64,000 nt of DNA from Naegleria gruberi (Eukaryota). The stretch lies in assembly GCA_000004985.1 (NCBI GenBank), contig GG738855.1; one strand, 5' to 3'. The translations under genes and the position numbers were made by a program. The notes beneath the pieces are model-generated. The model ran no database searches. It was not told the origin of the DNA and was given only the letters and a program-made list of their open reading frames with translations. The number at the start of each line of letters is the position of its first letter. The first letter of the stretch is position 1. Shown here one piece after another: positions 32,222 to 45,622 of this stretch.

Positions 32222-35200
32222 ATGGAAGCACTTTTGGACTTTAATGCTCCGTTTAATGTATCTCTTTTGGATCAAATTATTGATTGCTTGTATTCCAGCA
32301 GAGGAAACATTCAAGAGGTAAGTTTACTTTTAATCCGATGATACCAACAATTAACAGATCCAAATGGCACAAAAAGTGCTGAGTCAATTTAAAGACGATC
32401 CTAATTCATGGACAAGAGTTAAACAAATTTTAGAAACTTCAAATAATCAAAATTCTAAATTCTTTGCGCTCCAAGTATTATTACAAGTTATTCAAACAAG
32501 ATGGAAAATTTTGCCTCCAGATGAAAGGGATGGTGTTAAAAACTTTATAGTACTCACTGTTATTAATTGTTCAAAGGATGAAACCTATTTCAGACAACAC
32601 AAACTTTTTATCAACAAGCTTAATGAAGTACTTGTAGCTATTGTCAAACAAGAATGGCCTCAAAATTGGCGAAACTTTATTCCAGAAATTGTCAACTCGA
32701 GTCCATCTAATGAAAATTTATGCGAAAATAACATGAATATTCTCAAATTGTTAAGTGAAGAAGTATTTGACTTTTCTGCTGGTAAAATGACAACAAAAAA
32801 GATGACACAAATGAGTGAAAGTTTCCGTTCCGAATTCAAACTTATTTATCAATTGTGTGATGCTATTCTCCAACAAGCACAAAAGCCATCTTTATTATCA
32901 GCAACACTTCAAACATTACTTAGATTTTTGAACTGGATCCCTCGTGAATTTATTTTTGAAACATCAATGCTCGAAATTCTTATTACAAAATTCTTACCTG
33001 TACAGCAATTTAGAAATGACACTCTGAGATGTTTAACAGAAATTGTCAGCATGGTCGAACCAAAATACGACGAAAAATTTGAATTGATATTTGTTTTTAT
33101 TATGAGGGTTATTCCAAGCATTCTTCCACCAAACACAAACTTGCCAAGTGCTTATAAGAATGGATCTGATTATGATCAAAAGTTTGTTCAAATTTTGGGT
33201 TTGTTCTTTACATCATTCCTTACAAACCATTTGGGTGTGGTTGAAAAGGATCAACATTCTCAGATTGTGCTCGAAGCACATCAATATCTTGTTGAAATTT
33301 CTAAAGTAGATGAAACTGAAATTTTCAAAAATTGTTTGGACTATTGGATTTACTTCTCTCGTGATTTATACTTCTCCGAAAAGAAGGCATCTCAATCAAA
33401 TATTTATGAACCATTACTTCTTACAAGACCAGCATCTGCTAGAAAAGCAATTTACTCGAGAATTATGTCACAAGTTAGATTAGTAATGGTATCCAAGATG
33501 GCAAAACCAGAAGAGGTTATTATTGTTGAGGACGAAAATGGACAAGTTGTAAAGGAATATATGAAAGATGTAGATTCCATTCAATTATATAAGAGTATGC
33601 GTGATGCTTTAATTTATTTGACTCACTTGGATTATGTAGATACAGAAAAAATCATGTTGGAAAAACTCCGTGCTCAAGCTAATGGTTATGAATGGTCTAG
33701 GCAAAACTTGAACACTTTGTGTTGGGCTATTGGTTCTATCTCTGGTGCTATGGATGAAAAGGACGAAAAGAGATTTGTTGTTACTGTGATCAAGGATTTA
33801 TTGAATATGTGCGAAATGAAAAAGGGTAAAGACAATAAGGCTGTTGTTGCATCTAACATTATGTATGTTGTAGGTCAATATCCTAGATTCTTGATTGCCC
33901 ACTGGAAGTTTTTGCAAACTGTTGTTAACAAATTATTTGAATTTATGCATGAAAAATTCCCTGGAGTCCAAGAAATGGCCTGTGAAACATTTGTTAAAAT
34001 CTCTATCAAGTGTAAGAGAAAATTTGTTCAACGTCACCAAGGAGAAGATGTCATGTTTTTGGAAAAGATCTTGAGAAATCTCAAGTCTAATATCTCTGAT
34101 TTGGAACCATCCCACATCCACACTTTCTATGAAGCTGTTGGTTATATGATCCAAGCTGCTTTACCAGCCGATCAAGAAAGACTTATTCAAATGTTGATGT
34201 CAATGCCAAACTCTAAATGGCAATCTATTATGAATATGGCCGCCCAAAATGTTGCTACTCTTGCTGATACAGCTGTATTGAAAGAATTGGCAAACATTCT
34301 CAAGACCAATGTCTCTGCAAGCAAATCGATAGGTAACGCCTACCTTCATCAAATGAAAATTATTTTCAAAGACATGTTAAACGTTTACAAGGCATACAGT
34401 CAATTTATTTCTGATGAAATTGCAAAGATTGGTGTAAAGGCTGCCACTCACTCCAATGTCAGAATGATGAGAGCTGTAAAGAGAGAAACTCTTAAACTTG
34501 TTGAAACATTTATTGCTAACTCTGATGACACACAATTATTAGTTACATCATTTTTACCTCCTCTTTTGGATGCTACACTTGGCGATTACAAGGCTAGTGT
34601 TCCAGACGCAAAGGATCCTCAAGTTTTGTCATTATTATCAGCTTCTATGGTTAAATTGCAAACAGCTGTTGACCATTATTTGCCTACAATCTTGGAATAT
34701 GTTCTTGAATGTACTCTTCCAATGATTACCACTAATTTTGAAGATTATCCTGAACATAGAATGAATCTCTTTGTGTTATTGAAGTCTATCAACAAATACT
34801 GCTTCCAATCTTTCCTCCACATTCCTCCTATGGGCTTCAAATTGATTGTTGATTCAATTTTATGGGCTCTCAAACATACCCACAGAAATATGTTCGAAAC
34901 TGGTCTTAATATTTTACAAGACATGCTTTCCAACATTGAACATCTCAATAATGATGGTTTGAGAAATGAATTTTATGGAAAGTTCTACCTTCCAATCCTT
35001 GATGACGTTCTTTATATTTACACCGATACCTTGCATCAATCTGGATTCAAGGTTCAAACAACCATTATTCATCACTTGCTCTATGTTGTTGCAACAAATA
35101 AGATTACTGCACCAATCTCAGAAGGACAAACTGTATCAACTGATGTGTTTGTCAAACAACATATTCATGATGTTTTAATTCAATCTTTCAGCAATCTCAA

Positions 35201-35456
35201 TTCCCAATATTTAACTCAATTTATTGTTGCCCTCTTTGGATACATTCATCAAGAACAAGAATTCACCAATTGTTTGCGTGACTTCCTGGTCACACTCAGA
35301 GAATATCAAGGTGAAGATGTTGATGTAAGCGATTTGTACTTTGAAGAGAAGCAAAAGAAAGAAATTGAATCACGACAATTGCGTGAATCAGTTCCAGGTT
35401 TGGATGGTCCATCTGCTGTAAATGAACTTGCGCAAAGCTATGATGATGACCTCTAA
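32222..35456 (+). CDS. XPO1: Exportin-1 (CRM1) in two exons
   Basis: Exon 1 is 32222..32317 (MEALLDFNAPFNVSLLDQIIDCLYSSRGNIQE) and exon 2 is 32358..35456. Together they reproduce the CRM1 N-terminus (LLDFSQKLDINLLDNVVNCLY..AQEVL..PDAWTRV in human). Strong collinearity runs throughout (NMNILKLLSEEVFDFSAGKMT, GSISGAMDEKDEKRFVVTVIKDLL, ASNIMYVVGQYPRFLIAHWKFLQTVVNKLFEFMHE). Confidence 0.9.
32318..32357 (+). other. Intron (40 nt) of exportin-1
   Basis: CAAGAG|GTAAGTTTAC donor and ..CAATTAACAG|ATC acceptor. Phase 0. The track ORF lacks the first 32 codons, which this join restores. Confidence 0.8.
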
Positions 35457-35486
35457 ACAATTCCAATAAACTTAATTTTATTCCAA

Positions 35487-37436
35487 TTAATCAATGTCGT
35501 TGTGTGTTGGATCTTTTTTCTTTTTGTAATAACCATCCAAGAAAGCTTCATAAGGCGAAACATAATCTGGTCTATAAATGGAATCATTATTTAAGGCAAA
35601 TTGTTCGTGGAAACGATCTCTTGTTTGGAATTTGCCTTCATCTACACCATCCAATGCAAGTTTTACTTTCTTTTCTGCAAACTCTTTGTAAATTTCTGTA
35701 ATTGGCTTTACTGCATCCTTTTGTTTGGCTTTTTGAGCTGATGCTTGTTTTCCTAAGGCCAACTTGTAAAGCTTCAAACCAAAATTGTTATCCTTCCAAG
35801 AAATGTTTTTTGGCTTTGAATAGAACACAGACTGAACTCTTTCCATATATTGTTCTGAATTATCAAACTTGGTTTTTACAGCACTTTGTAAATGACATGC
35901 CCAAATATTTCCAGTGTACTTTTCTGGAGGAATCAAATTTACCACATCATTTACCTTATCATAATTTCCAAATCTTGAGATTCCATCAATATAAATATAA
36001 ATAGATGCTATTGTTGGTTTGTTAATAAGGAGGAACATTTGTTCCAATTTTTTGACATTTTCCTTACTGGCATACATTTCCATCATTCTGCAAATTAAGT
36101 TTTCATCTCTATTGGCAACACGAGAAAAGTATTCCTCTGCTTGAGATTCCATTTTAGCACCACAGTAAGCTTTTGTCATTAAAATAAAAGTAAAATCATT
36201 TGGTTTTTCAATGGTGGTGAATACTTTTTCCATTTCTTTAATCTTTCCCATTCTACCATAGATCATCAACATTGTTTGAGTGATGTGCCTGTCTGGACAT
36301 TCATATGATTCATATATTTCTATACACTTGTCATAATTTTGTCTAATCTTATACACATTGAGCATAATATTGAACAAAAAAGGAGAAGGTGATAAATTCA
36401 TAGACAAAAATGTTTGATACATTTCTTCTACCTTAGCAACTTGTCCTCTATCCACTAGTGACTTCATCATAACACTAAAGACACAGGTGATAGCTTTTTG
36501 ATCATTAAGACCTTCTTGTATCTCTAGCTTGCCATCAATAAACTTTCTAAAGAGTTCATTCAAATTTTTAAAGTCACCAACTCTGCAATATGCTGTTAGT
36601 AGGGTTACAAAATTTACATAGCTTGGCTTCATACCAGTCCAGATAGGGATCGAGTCAAAAAGAGAATGAACTGCAGGAACATCTCCAACTGTTAAATAAC
36701 TCATCATTGTAATATTAAAAGTATGGTAATTTGGCTTTAAAATGCGAATTTTCATGCTATCCAAATATTCCAGATCAATATGTGTTAAGAAATGTAACAA
36801 TTGTTTGAAAGCTGGTTCTGACAAGTCATGCCTTTCCTTTTTTGCAAATATATCAAGTTTTTTGTTAAAATCTCTAATACTAGGGCAAGTTTCTAAAAAT
36901 TTTAAGTATTCCTTGACCAAAGCTTCATCTCTTGCCTTTCCCGTGTATGGTTTCATCTTTTGGAACTGTTTTAATTCCAACAACTCCTCAAAACTGCTTT
37001 CCTCATTGACTGATTCAACTTTTTTATCTATTATTTTCTTTCTCTTTACGAGGGAAATGTCTTGCTCACCTTTTTTCCTATCCTTTTCTTCTGGTGATGA
37101 ATTCTTTTTTTTCAAATGCTTATTATTTTGCATTGGTGATACTATATTCCTATTTAGAACTACATTTGGTTTTGAGTTAACCATTGATGAACGAGTGGAA
37201 CGTGATTGAGTAAGATTAACATCCAAAAGTGGTGAGTCTGTTACTTGTTCAACAATATTCTTTTCATCATTCCTTGTTCGGGATGATGTTGAAAAGAATT
37301 TACTACTACTCGAATTAATCTTTCTACAATCCCAACAATCAAATTCTCTCCTTCTTGTGATCATCACCGAATTCTTCTTCAACACTCTCCTCATCATCAT
37401 TTTGTACTGCTCTTCAAATACCTTCCCTCCAAACAT
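35487..37436 (-). CDS. Pentatricopeptide-repeat (PPR)-like protein, probably mitochondrial
   Basis: 649 aa with a basic presequence-like N-terminus (MFGGKVFEEQYKMMMRRVLKKNSVMITRRR). The central part has tandem ~35-residue helical-repeat periodicity typical of PPR/TPR-like proteins (NFVTLLTAYCRVGDFKNLNELF.., FNIMLNVYKIRQNYDKCIEIY.., FILMTKAYCGAKMESQAEEYF). Confidence 0.45.
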   Translation of the reverse strand: MFGGKVFEEQYKMMMRRVLKKNSVMITRRREFDCWDCRKINSSSSKFFSTSSRTRNDEKNIVEQVTDSPLLDVNLTQSRSTRSSMVNSKPNVVLNRNIVSPMQNNKHLKKKNSSPEEKDRKKGEQDISLVKRKKIIDKKVESVNEESSFEELLELKQFQKMKPYTGKARDEALVKEYLKFLETCPSIRDFNKKLDIFAKKERHDLSEPAFKQLLHFLTHIDLEYLDSMKIRILKPNYHTFNITMMSYLTVGDVPAVHSLFDSIPIWTGMKPSYVNFVTLLTAYCRVGDFKNLNELFRKFIDGKLEIQEGLNDQKAITCVFSVMMKSLVDRGQVAKVEEMYQTFLSMNLSPSPFLFNIMLNVYKIRQNYDKCIEIYESYECPDRHITQTMLMIYGRMGKIKEMEKVFTTIEKPNDFTFILMTKAYCGAKMESQAEEYFSRVANRDENLICRMMEMYASKENVKKLEQMFLLINKPTIASIYIYIDGISRFGNYDKVNDVVNLIPPEKYTGNIWACHLQSAVKTKFDNSEQYMERVQSVFYSKPKNISWKDNNFGLKLYKLALGKQASAQKAKQKDAVKPITEIYKEFAEKKVKLALDGVDEGKFQTRDRFHEQFALNNDSIYRPDYVSPYEAFLDGYYKKKKDPTHNDID

Positions 37437-37650
37437 TCGGCTACTAACATTTTGTACATTTTTTTAAATACTTTGAAATTATCCAAATTTGCCATTTGCA
37501 TAGAGCCTAATCGGTTGATCATGATTTGATGAATAATAATAATTCATTCTCAACAAAACAAATAATAATAAATTCGAGAGTAGAATGGTGATGAATAATA
37601 ATAATAAATCACTTTCAGAAGACAGCATAGCCGATATTTAAAATAAAAAA

Positions 37651-37833
37651 ATGGCCATTACACCACAAGCAGTGATTGCCCGCCTTAAGGAAAAACCAAT
37701 TTTCTTCTTACCATTTGTAGTTGTCGCAATGGCAATGAATACTACCCTGAATGATTACATGAAGAAGGATGTTCCTGTTGATGCTAACAAGCCAAAGGAA
37801 ACTTTGCTCAGCATGGATGACGGTGCGTTTTAA
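37651..37833 (+). CDS. Candidate small (60 aa) single-pass membrane protein
   Basis: ATG in the ataaaataaaaaaATGgcc context inside a ~600-bp intergenic region. One hydrophobic helix (PIFFLPFVVVAMAMNTTL). No homology recognised. Confidence 0.25.
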   Translation: MAITPQAVIARLKEKPIFFLPFVVVAMAMNTTLNDYMKKDVPVDANKPKETLLSMDDGAF

Positions 37834-38030
37834 TAGTAATTATTTATTTTGATAACATAATAATACGGAATCATTTAAAATAGTCAACAAGAGAATTGAT
37901 GAATTCGAATTGTCAAAGAAATAATCTATTGGACTTTGATTGTAATTTAATTGGAAATTAGTAAAAATCACATAATTATTATTTAATAATGAACATGATG
38001 GATTTTATTGTGGAACAAATCACAACAATT

Positions 38031-41000
38031 TTATAGGAAAGGCATCCACCAGATGTACATACTCTTCAAGTTTTCTTCGTTGGTTGCTTCATCGATCAAG
38101 TAATCAACCTGACCAGAAATACTGAGAGGAAGTGCACTATCACCAACAATTCCTTGAAGTTTTTGTCCAATTATTTTGTGTGCCGAATCTACATCAGCAG
38201 AATTCATGGCTTTCTTGGCTTGGTTTTCTTTCTTCTTTTGAATTTGTTCCCAATCCAGGAGTGGATCGTGTTTGAAGGTTTCTAAAACATTCAACAACGT
38301 TTCATTATTCTTTCTCAACAATTCCAAAGTTGCTTCACAGGTCAATCTAAAAGCTCCTTCATATCCTGTAACTCCCATACCATCTATCATATTTCTGGTC
38401 AATCTGAATGGTACTTTTTCTGGTATGTTCAATAGTCTACCACTTTCGAACAACATTGCCAAGTCAACATGGATTGTATCTCCATTGTTGGTGTCTATTA
38501 AAATGTTTTCGCTATGTCTATCACCCAATCCTACTATATATCCAACCATACTCCAAACTGCTGCTGTCTTGACAAAGTTGAGACGATTCTGATACCACTG
38601 GTTTGGTTCTAAAAATTGATGTAAGAAATATTTACCAAAAACTGGTGGGTAATCCTTAACTGCATAGTCAAATGCTGTTCCATAGCTTTTCTGTGGAACA
38701 CCATTGGATTTTCCAAACTTTGTTAGTATTGATTGTTGCAAAGGTTGCTTTTGCATTCTTAAATATTCATCATCAATAAGTTTTCTCAAAACATTTGTAT
38801 TAGGAACCCATTCTACTAGACCTGTATTATTTGAAAGTGGGATGGCTGAGAATAATCTAAGATACAACCTCTTATTTCTAGTTTTCTTGTCACGTTTAAG
38901 CATTCTATTGATGACAGCATTAAGATCCATCATTCTGTTGTCTTTTCTAATGTCATCATTTGCTTTGAATAAGAAATCATAACGATTTCCATCTGAGCCA
39001 GTAATTCCAATCTTTTTAGGTTTTTGTAATGAGTTCATAACAGTACCTTCTTCGTGAAAACTATTGATATAGACTTTTGAAGAGTTATAAGGTGAGTAGT
39101 CTGTCTTGATGTGTTGGTTCTCATCAAAAATATTAGCTTTTTGAATTTCCACAGAAATGAGTGATTGGATTGGTATGATGAAATTTTTGCATGGATTCAT
39201 AACACATGAAGGTAAGTACTTGAATTTTCTTGCAATCATCTCAGTCTTTTTTTCTGGATTCTGTACCACTCCATCGTAAGCTTTACCATTTTTAGTTTTG
39301 AAAATGTTCAAGCTAAATTTTCTTTCCTTGTCCGGCTTTTGAATAAATGCTTCACATAACTCATTAAATCCTCTCAGTGTCTTTTTTTGATTTTCAATTA
39401 TACACCTAGCTACATTGCTTATATTATCAGCTGACTTGGCAGTAGCAATTATTTCTTTTATAGCTTTCTTTCTTTCTTCCTTTTCACTTCTGCAACCAAT
39501 AGTCCAAATACTTTCTTCTGGGAATGCTAGTAATACTTTTGTAATCATTTTTTTGATGGCTGAACAAACACTATGACTCAAATGAGATATTCTAGAATAT
39601 AATTGGGGAAGAGAAATAGCCCAAACATAGTCTGGAAGATTGTTAATGAGCTCAACGATAACGTCATTCACTCTAGTTTCTTTAGCTGATGTTTTCACGC
39701 TCTCATGTTCCATCCATAATGTCAATAATCTTGGTAGTGCTGTAAAGATATTCTTCACACCATATTTGATTGATTGACCATAGTTTTGAATAATTATACT
39801 AAGATCGCCTGCTGATGCTGTTTTTTCTTCCTTTTTTAGAACAGCACTATATGACTTATCTAGATATGAGGCCAAAAAGAAATAACCCTCTTCCCATTGC
39901 TTGTCAATATCTATAACCTCTTTGTAGGCTCTAACTACATCTGTCTTTTGCTTGTGTTCTCTATCCCAATTAACATTCAATAATTTAATCTTAGCTGTTA
40001 GTAAATCAGTTTTCTTTTGTGTTGAATGGCTTAATGTTGGTTGTTCACTCCTAAGAAAATCTGTAAGCATTGGTATGGCTTTTTGAACATCACCTATTTC
40101 GTATAATAATTTAGCCTTTTCAACAGAATAAAGTGGAGAATTGAGATTGGATCTTGCCAAAGCCGTTTCAGCAATATGGTATTGTTTTTCTTTTCTTGCT
40201 TGTTTAGAAATGTGCAACCATAATTCACTGATATTTTCGGGAAGATTATGAATTTTAAAGATACATCTTCTCACTGAATACAATAACTCTCTTTCAGAGG
40301 ATGAGTTGGTGGTGATTTTGAGGTTCTTATCCAAATATTGAAGGAAATGCTCTAACTCTGGACTTAATTCCTTTTCCTCTAGATCTGGTAGTGTAGTAGA
40401 GTTGTAAATTCTGAATCCTCTTTCAAGTTCAGATAGCACTTGAAGCTTTAACAAGTCAGGATAGCATCTTAAATAGCTTTCGCTAGATCCAGCTGACAAA
40501 GATGTAAGGATATCCTTTTTGGCATATATTAGTTGCTCATCAAAACTTTTACAATCCTTTTTAACGTAGAAAGAGAACAATTTGGCAACGTGTGTATCAA
40601 AAGATGGAACGGAAACTTGTTCTAATGAAGAATCAAGCTCACTCCAATGTCCAAGTCTCCAGCGGGCTTGAAGAATAAATGTTGCTTTTGTATTCTTTTC
40701 AAATGGATATCCATTGATTATCTGGAACATGGTATTGTATTGTCCAAGATTCAAATAGCACCTTAATAAGGAATCAAACTGTGCTGGAGTTAAGCTTTGA
40801 TTTTCTAATAGAATTTCATATAGATCTCTTGCATCTGTCCATTTCTCATCCACTTCCTTATCTAAAAGGATTTCATTGATTTCAGAATGGGTACGCATAG
40901 AAGCTAAACCTGCCATACTGTCACGATCTTTTGTTTGAGAATAAATTCTTTGCAGATTATTACCAATATCCTTGTCTAAATTTCTGAAATCTTGACCTTG

Positions 41001-44000
41001 GTCTCTAATGTATTCCTCGTAGTACATAAGTGATCTATAAAATGCTGAGTGATTAAATGCAGTTGCAGCAAGGGATCCAAGTGAAATACTTCTTAAAATC
41101 TTCTCTGCTTTTTCAACAGATTCCTTAAGAAGGCCTTTCTGATTCCTCATTTCAGGTGCGCTCATTTCAAACCATCTCTTAAGGTCATCAATAAGACAGA
41201 AAATTGTCTGAGCATGTTCAGTTGTCTGAGAATGTTCTTCAGCCTCTGACATTTTAAGGTCATGATCAATGACGGACATTATTTCTGTGCCAATCTCACC
41301 TCTATCAGAATCTTGACCAAAGAGTAGAACATGATGGACTAGATAGGGTAAAATAATTTTCACTAATACTTTGTCTGTACTAATCATAGGTCTTGCAGCT
41401 TTAAATATTTCCGATCTTTTAGTATTGAAATTTTTCATTTTTGAAATCAAGAACTTGGCCCAAGAGGCCATCCACTTGGAGATTGTAAGACTTCCTTTGA
41501 ATATAGGTAATTTGTATACGTGTTCAGTACCTGATACTCTCAAGCCTTGATCACCTGTTATCTTGTACTTTTTAGATATTTCTTGAAACACCTTTTTATC
41601 CAGTGTTTGAACTATTTTCAACAATTCTTGTCTTGTAAAATTAATTTTAGAAGTGTTACAAGGACTGACTTCTGTATGATCAAAAATTAACTCTATCAGC
41701 TCAACATCTGTCTTTTCAGTGTTGGCTACAATGGTTGGACCAATATTTAGAGCAGCTGGATCAATTGCTCCAATTTCACTTAAAGCAGTAGCTGAAAGTA
41801 ATTTAATAACCTCCTGTGTATCACTACAGCTTTTAAGTAAAGCTGTAACAAGTTTGTTAATAATATTATTTACACTCGACTCTGAAAGTTCAAACATTGA
41901 AATAATTTTTCTTTGAATTATTTCCTTATTTTCACTCAGAATACCTATAAGGGTTTCCAAAGCATTTTGCTTGACTGTAACATCTGATTGTTTAATACCA
42001 GGCAGAAGAAATTCTAACTTGGCATCTAGTGACAGTTTTCCAATCTGTTGCTCAATAAATTCATTAATAGGAGCCAGATCTTTTCTCTTGGATAAATGCA
42101 ATAGTGTGAAATCCAAACTTTTCTTGTTAGTCTGAATTAACTTTAGAATACATAAACATAATTTGGTTCCAAAATCAGAGGAATCAACAATTCTACAAAG
42201 AGCAGATATTATAGAGTTCATATTGTTAACTGGAATGTTCTTGTCATTAAAATGTTTCATCATGAAGGATTCGAAAGATTGTAACACATCTATTCTAAAT
42301 GAACATCTCAAAAGATGAGTTTGATAAATCTCCAATATTTCTTTAAAACATGTTCCAATTTCTGCTTCAAATACATCAATCATATTCACAACAATATGAA
42401 ATCTTTCTCTTTGTTTGATTTCAGATGCTCCCTTATCTTTGAAAACTTTCGAAATTTTGATTAAAATACCAGAAATATTCCCTTGTAATACCTTTTGCAC
42501 CATCTTTTTGTCACCAATACTATTTAGAAGTTTTTTCACTTTTCCTTTATGTTCATTATTAAGAAGTTTCATAATAATATTTTTAAAGGCTGTTGATATA
42601 ACTAAATTGGCTTGAACTTTTGTAATTTCAGCGGCCTTAATAAATTTTTCAAAACTTTCTAGTGGAGTTTTGTCTTTTTTGATAAATTCTGTAATAATAT
42701 TCTCAATATGTTCAATGATAATAGTAGAAAATTCGTTACTATTTGATAGTACTAATATTTGATTACGAAAACGTAATAACTCCCCCTCTACTGCCATCTC
42801 TGGCAGGACATGCTTTAATATTTTTGAAGCTATTTTTGAAAACTCCATATCAAATAGGGAAGATAAAATGTTTTGTAATTTGTTCTGATTGAAATACTTA
42901 ACCCAATATGCGAATAGAGTCATGAAGAACTCGTCTCCTATTGATGATGAAAGATACTTTAAAATTCCTTTGTTGTCGGCTAGTTTCTTCAAAGATATGT
43001 AAACAATTGATGATTGATCAAAATCTAGAGATACTTCAGTAAAGAAAAATAGGACATTTCTTAATGTCTTTGGGCAATTATCCAGTATGAGTTTCAGTAA
43101 TGGAATGATATAAAAGTAGTATTTGAGAGTCATCTCTTGATTATCTGTGTTTTCCTCATAAATTTTCCTGAGGAATGTTTTGATTTCGTCTACAAAAAAA
43201 TTAAAAGGGTCATCATGTAGTTGGTAAATACTTTCAATCGGAACTACTAGATTTCTATTTGGAGTTATCCATATAGAGAAAATTGATGTTGCGAAAGCAA
43301 CAATTTCAATGTCCTTATGCATTATCATTTTCATATACCTGACCATATCTTCAAAGTGTAAATCAATTTCCTCTTTTCTTATATTTTCAATAAAGAATGC
43401 AACACATTTGAGTAATTGTAATTGTGTTTTCTTTTCAACCTCAGAAGGTTCCAAAATAAAATCCCAATCACTTAGTCTAAAAACGGAATTATTTAAACTT
43501 TCTTGAATGGTTTCTTGTATTACCTCGCATATGATTGGCCTACAACTGGCACGAGAATAGAGCTTCCTTAGGTGATGGCTTACTTCTGCTAGGTCAAACA
43601 TTTTGAACCTAACAATTTCAGGGAAGCACTTTATCACTGCTTTTACTGATGCTTCACTCAGTTCTAGTTGTTCTAAAACTACTGTCTTACATGTTTCATC
43701 AAGAGTTAATTGATAAAATCGAATAATATTTTTCAGTGCTAACACCAAAATATCTTCTTCCATTTCTTTAGCATATAATTCTACTCTACTGATACAATAA
43801 AGTCTCAATTCATTAACTCTTTCAGGGTCAAGATGTTGTGGAATATTATTTTGGAATAAATTGTCTATCATGATAATTGGATGTTTTGAGTACTATCAAT
43901 GATTAACTTCTGAATCTAATGAGAACTTACTTCAGTACAATTTTTGGTATAATCAATCAATGAGTGAATGAGGTCAATAAGAGCCAAACTATCCTTTACT

Positions 44001-45445
44001 GGCCCAAAAGGACAAAGGGCCATTAATAAAATATACATTTCTGTCATATCAGCATCGTTTTCAGAGCATTTTGATACATATTTTTGTAATGTTTCAAAAA
44101 GTATTTGTCCATACTCTGAATCGATAAGATAAAAATTGTTACCAAATTCATGTGAAGGGAATTCAGCTGAATTAAAACTCGAATTAATATCCTCATTAAA
44201 ATCTCCCTCTTCTATTTTTCTTCTCTTACTGCCTTGAGAATCTGTTTGAGACTCTTTTCTTTTGGTTGCGTTCGAAGAGTAGTGAATTGACAGATATTTC
44301 TTAATTAGATCAATAAAATCCTCATTATTTGGGAAAATGTGATTTTGAAAACATTCTTTGATAGCTTCAATACCTTTTAGAACTAATTCCAAGTCTGTCA
44401 TACTGTACTTATCGATGAATACACATAGTATGTTAATGATTTGTTTTTTAAATTTTTCACTTTTAGAATTGCTAATATTCCAGTATAAATAACTAGTAAT
44501 AGTGTTAATCATTTCTATCCTTTCAATCCCAAAATAGGAAAGGATTAAAATCATTTCGTCCATTGTAGAATTTAACAAATCAGCAAATAAATCATCAAAC
44601 TCCAATGTTCTATACGATGGAAACATCCCATAATAACCATTCAATAAGGTGATAATTAAATTGATAAGATTTTTGTGAATTGTTGGATCAAATGATTGTG
44701 TGGAAGAAATCAGTGTTACTATTTCCATAGAAAGTAATTTGATTTCATTACTCGAATATCTAATTTGGTTACAAATATTATTGAAAACATTTCGGTGTTG
44801 AGCAATAATTGGGTGTCTACCGACTAGGGTTTTTAAAATATTAGTGGCATATTTTTGAATAACTATACATTGATCTGCTGAATGAATGTGAAGAACAGTA
44901 AATTTGCAGATATTAGGTAAGAACATGATAGATGCTGTTTCAGTGAGGCATTCTTTAGATCCATTATTTGGAAAGAATGATAAATAAATTTGGCAAAGTT
45001 GAGGAATAACATTGGTAATGTCACCAATGAAATTCTCAAAAGTAGATGGAAAGTTTGATAATAAAAACTCTTGGCTTTCTAATAAAGCACTCAGAACACT
45101 CTCCTCTAAAACTGTTGTGTAATGAATGTCAATTAGAAATTTAAACATAGTGGAAATCAATTCCGAAATAGTATTTGAAGTTAGTAATTTGTTAGCAACC
45201 ATATCCTTTCCAGTTACATCCAAAATGTTTTTAATAATATCCAATAGAGCACAAATACTCTCAACATCCTCTTGTTGGAGAGTTTGGTTTGCACATTCCG
45301 AAAAGTTGATCAATGAGAGAATTTGACTTGCTGATCGCAGGGTTTCCTCTTCATTCAAGTATTTTTTCAAGGGTTGGTTGATAGATTTAATAAACGGTAG
45401 GGAACTTGGTAAAATGATTTCTTCAAGGTTCTCTTGTTGAGACAT
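38031..45445 (-). CDS. ATR: ATR/Mec1-type PIKK checkpoint kinase in two exons
   Basis: The downstream exon 38031..43892 ends with the PI3K/PI4K catalytic domain (GDRHSENILIDTNNGDTIHVDLAMLFE, DLRKD) and the FATC motif (MYIWWMPFL), collinear with human ATR. The upstream exon 43931..45445 encodes a ~505-aa HEAT-like N-terminus. The join by a 38-nt intron gives about 2460 aa. Confidence 0.85.
43893..43930 (-). other. Intron (38 nt) of ATR
   Basis: On the minus strand, ACTGAA|GTAAGTTCTC donor and ..CATTGATAG|TAC acceptor. Phase 0. It fuses the 532-aa upstream ORF to the 1946-aa kinase ORF without frame change. Only 45 bp separate the two ORFs. Confidence 0.7.
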
Positions 45446-45622
45446 TTTTTTGTTCTTGTTATTGTTGGAAGCCTGCTTCAACCACTTCAAAACAGACAAG
45501 CTTTTATGTTTCAAACATCTTTACTGGGTTTTTGTTCTCGAATTGATGGAAGTTTTGGTGTCAATTTACATATTTCCTTTCTTTCCGAATTATAATAAAC
45601 CGGTTCCTTTTATTTTGTTGTT

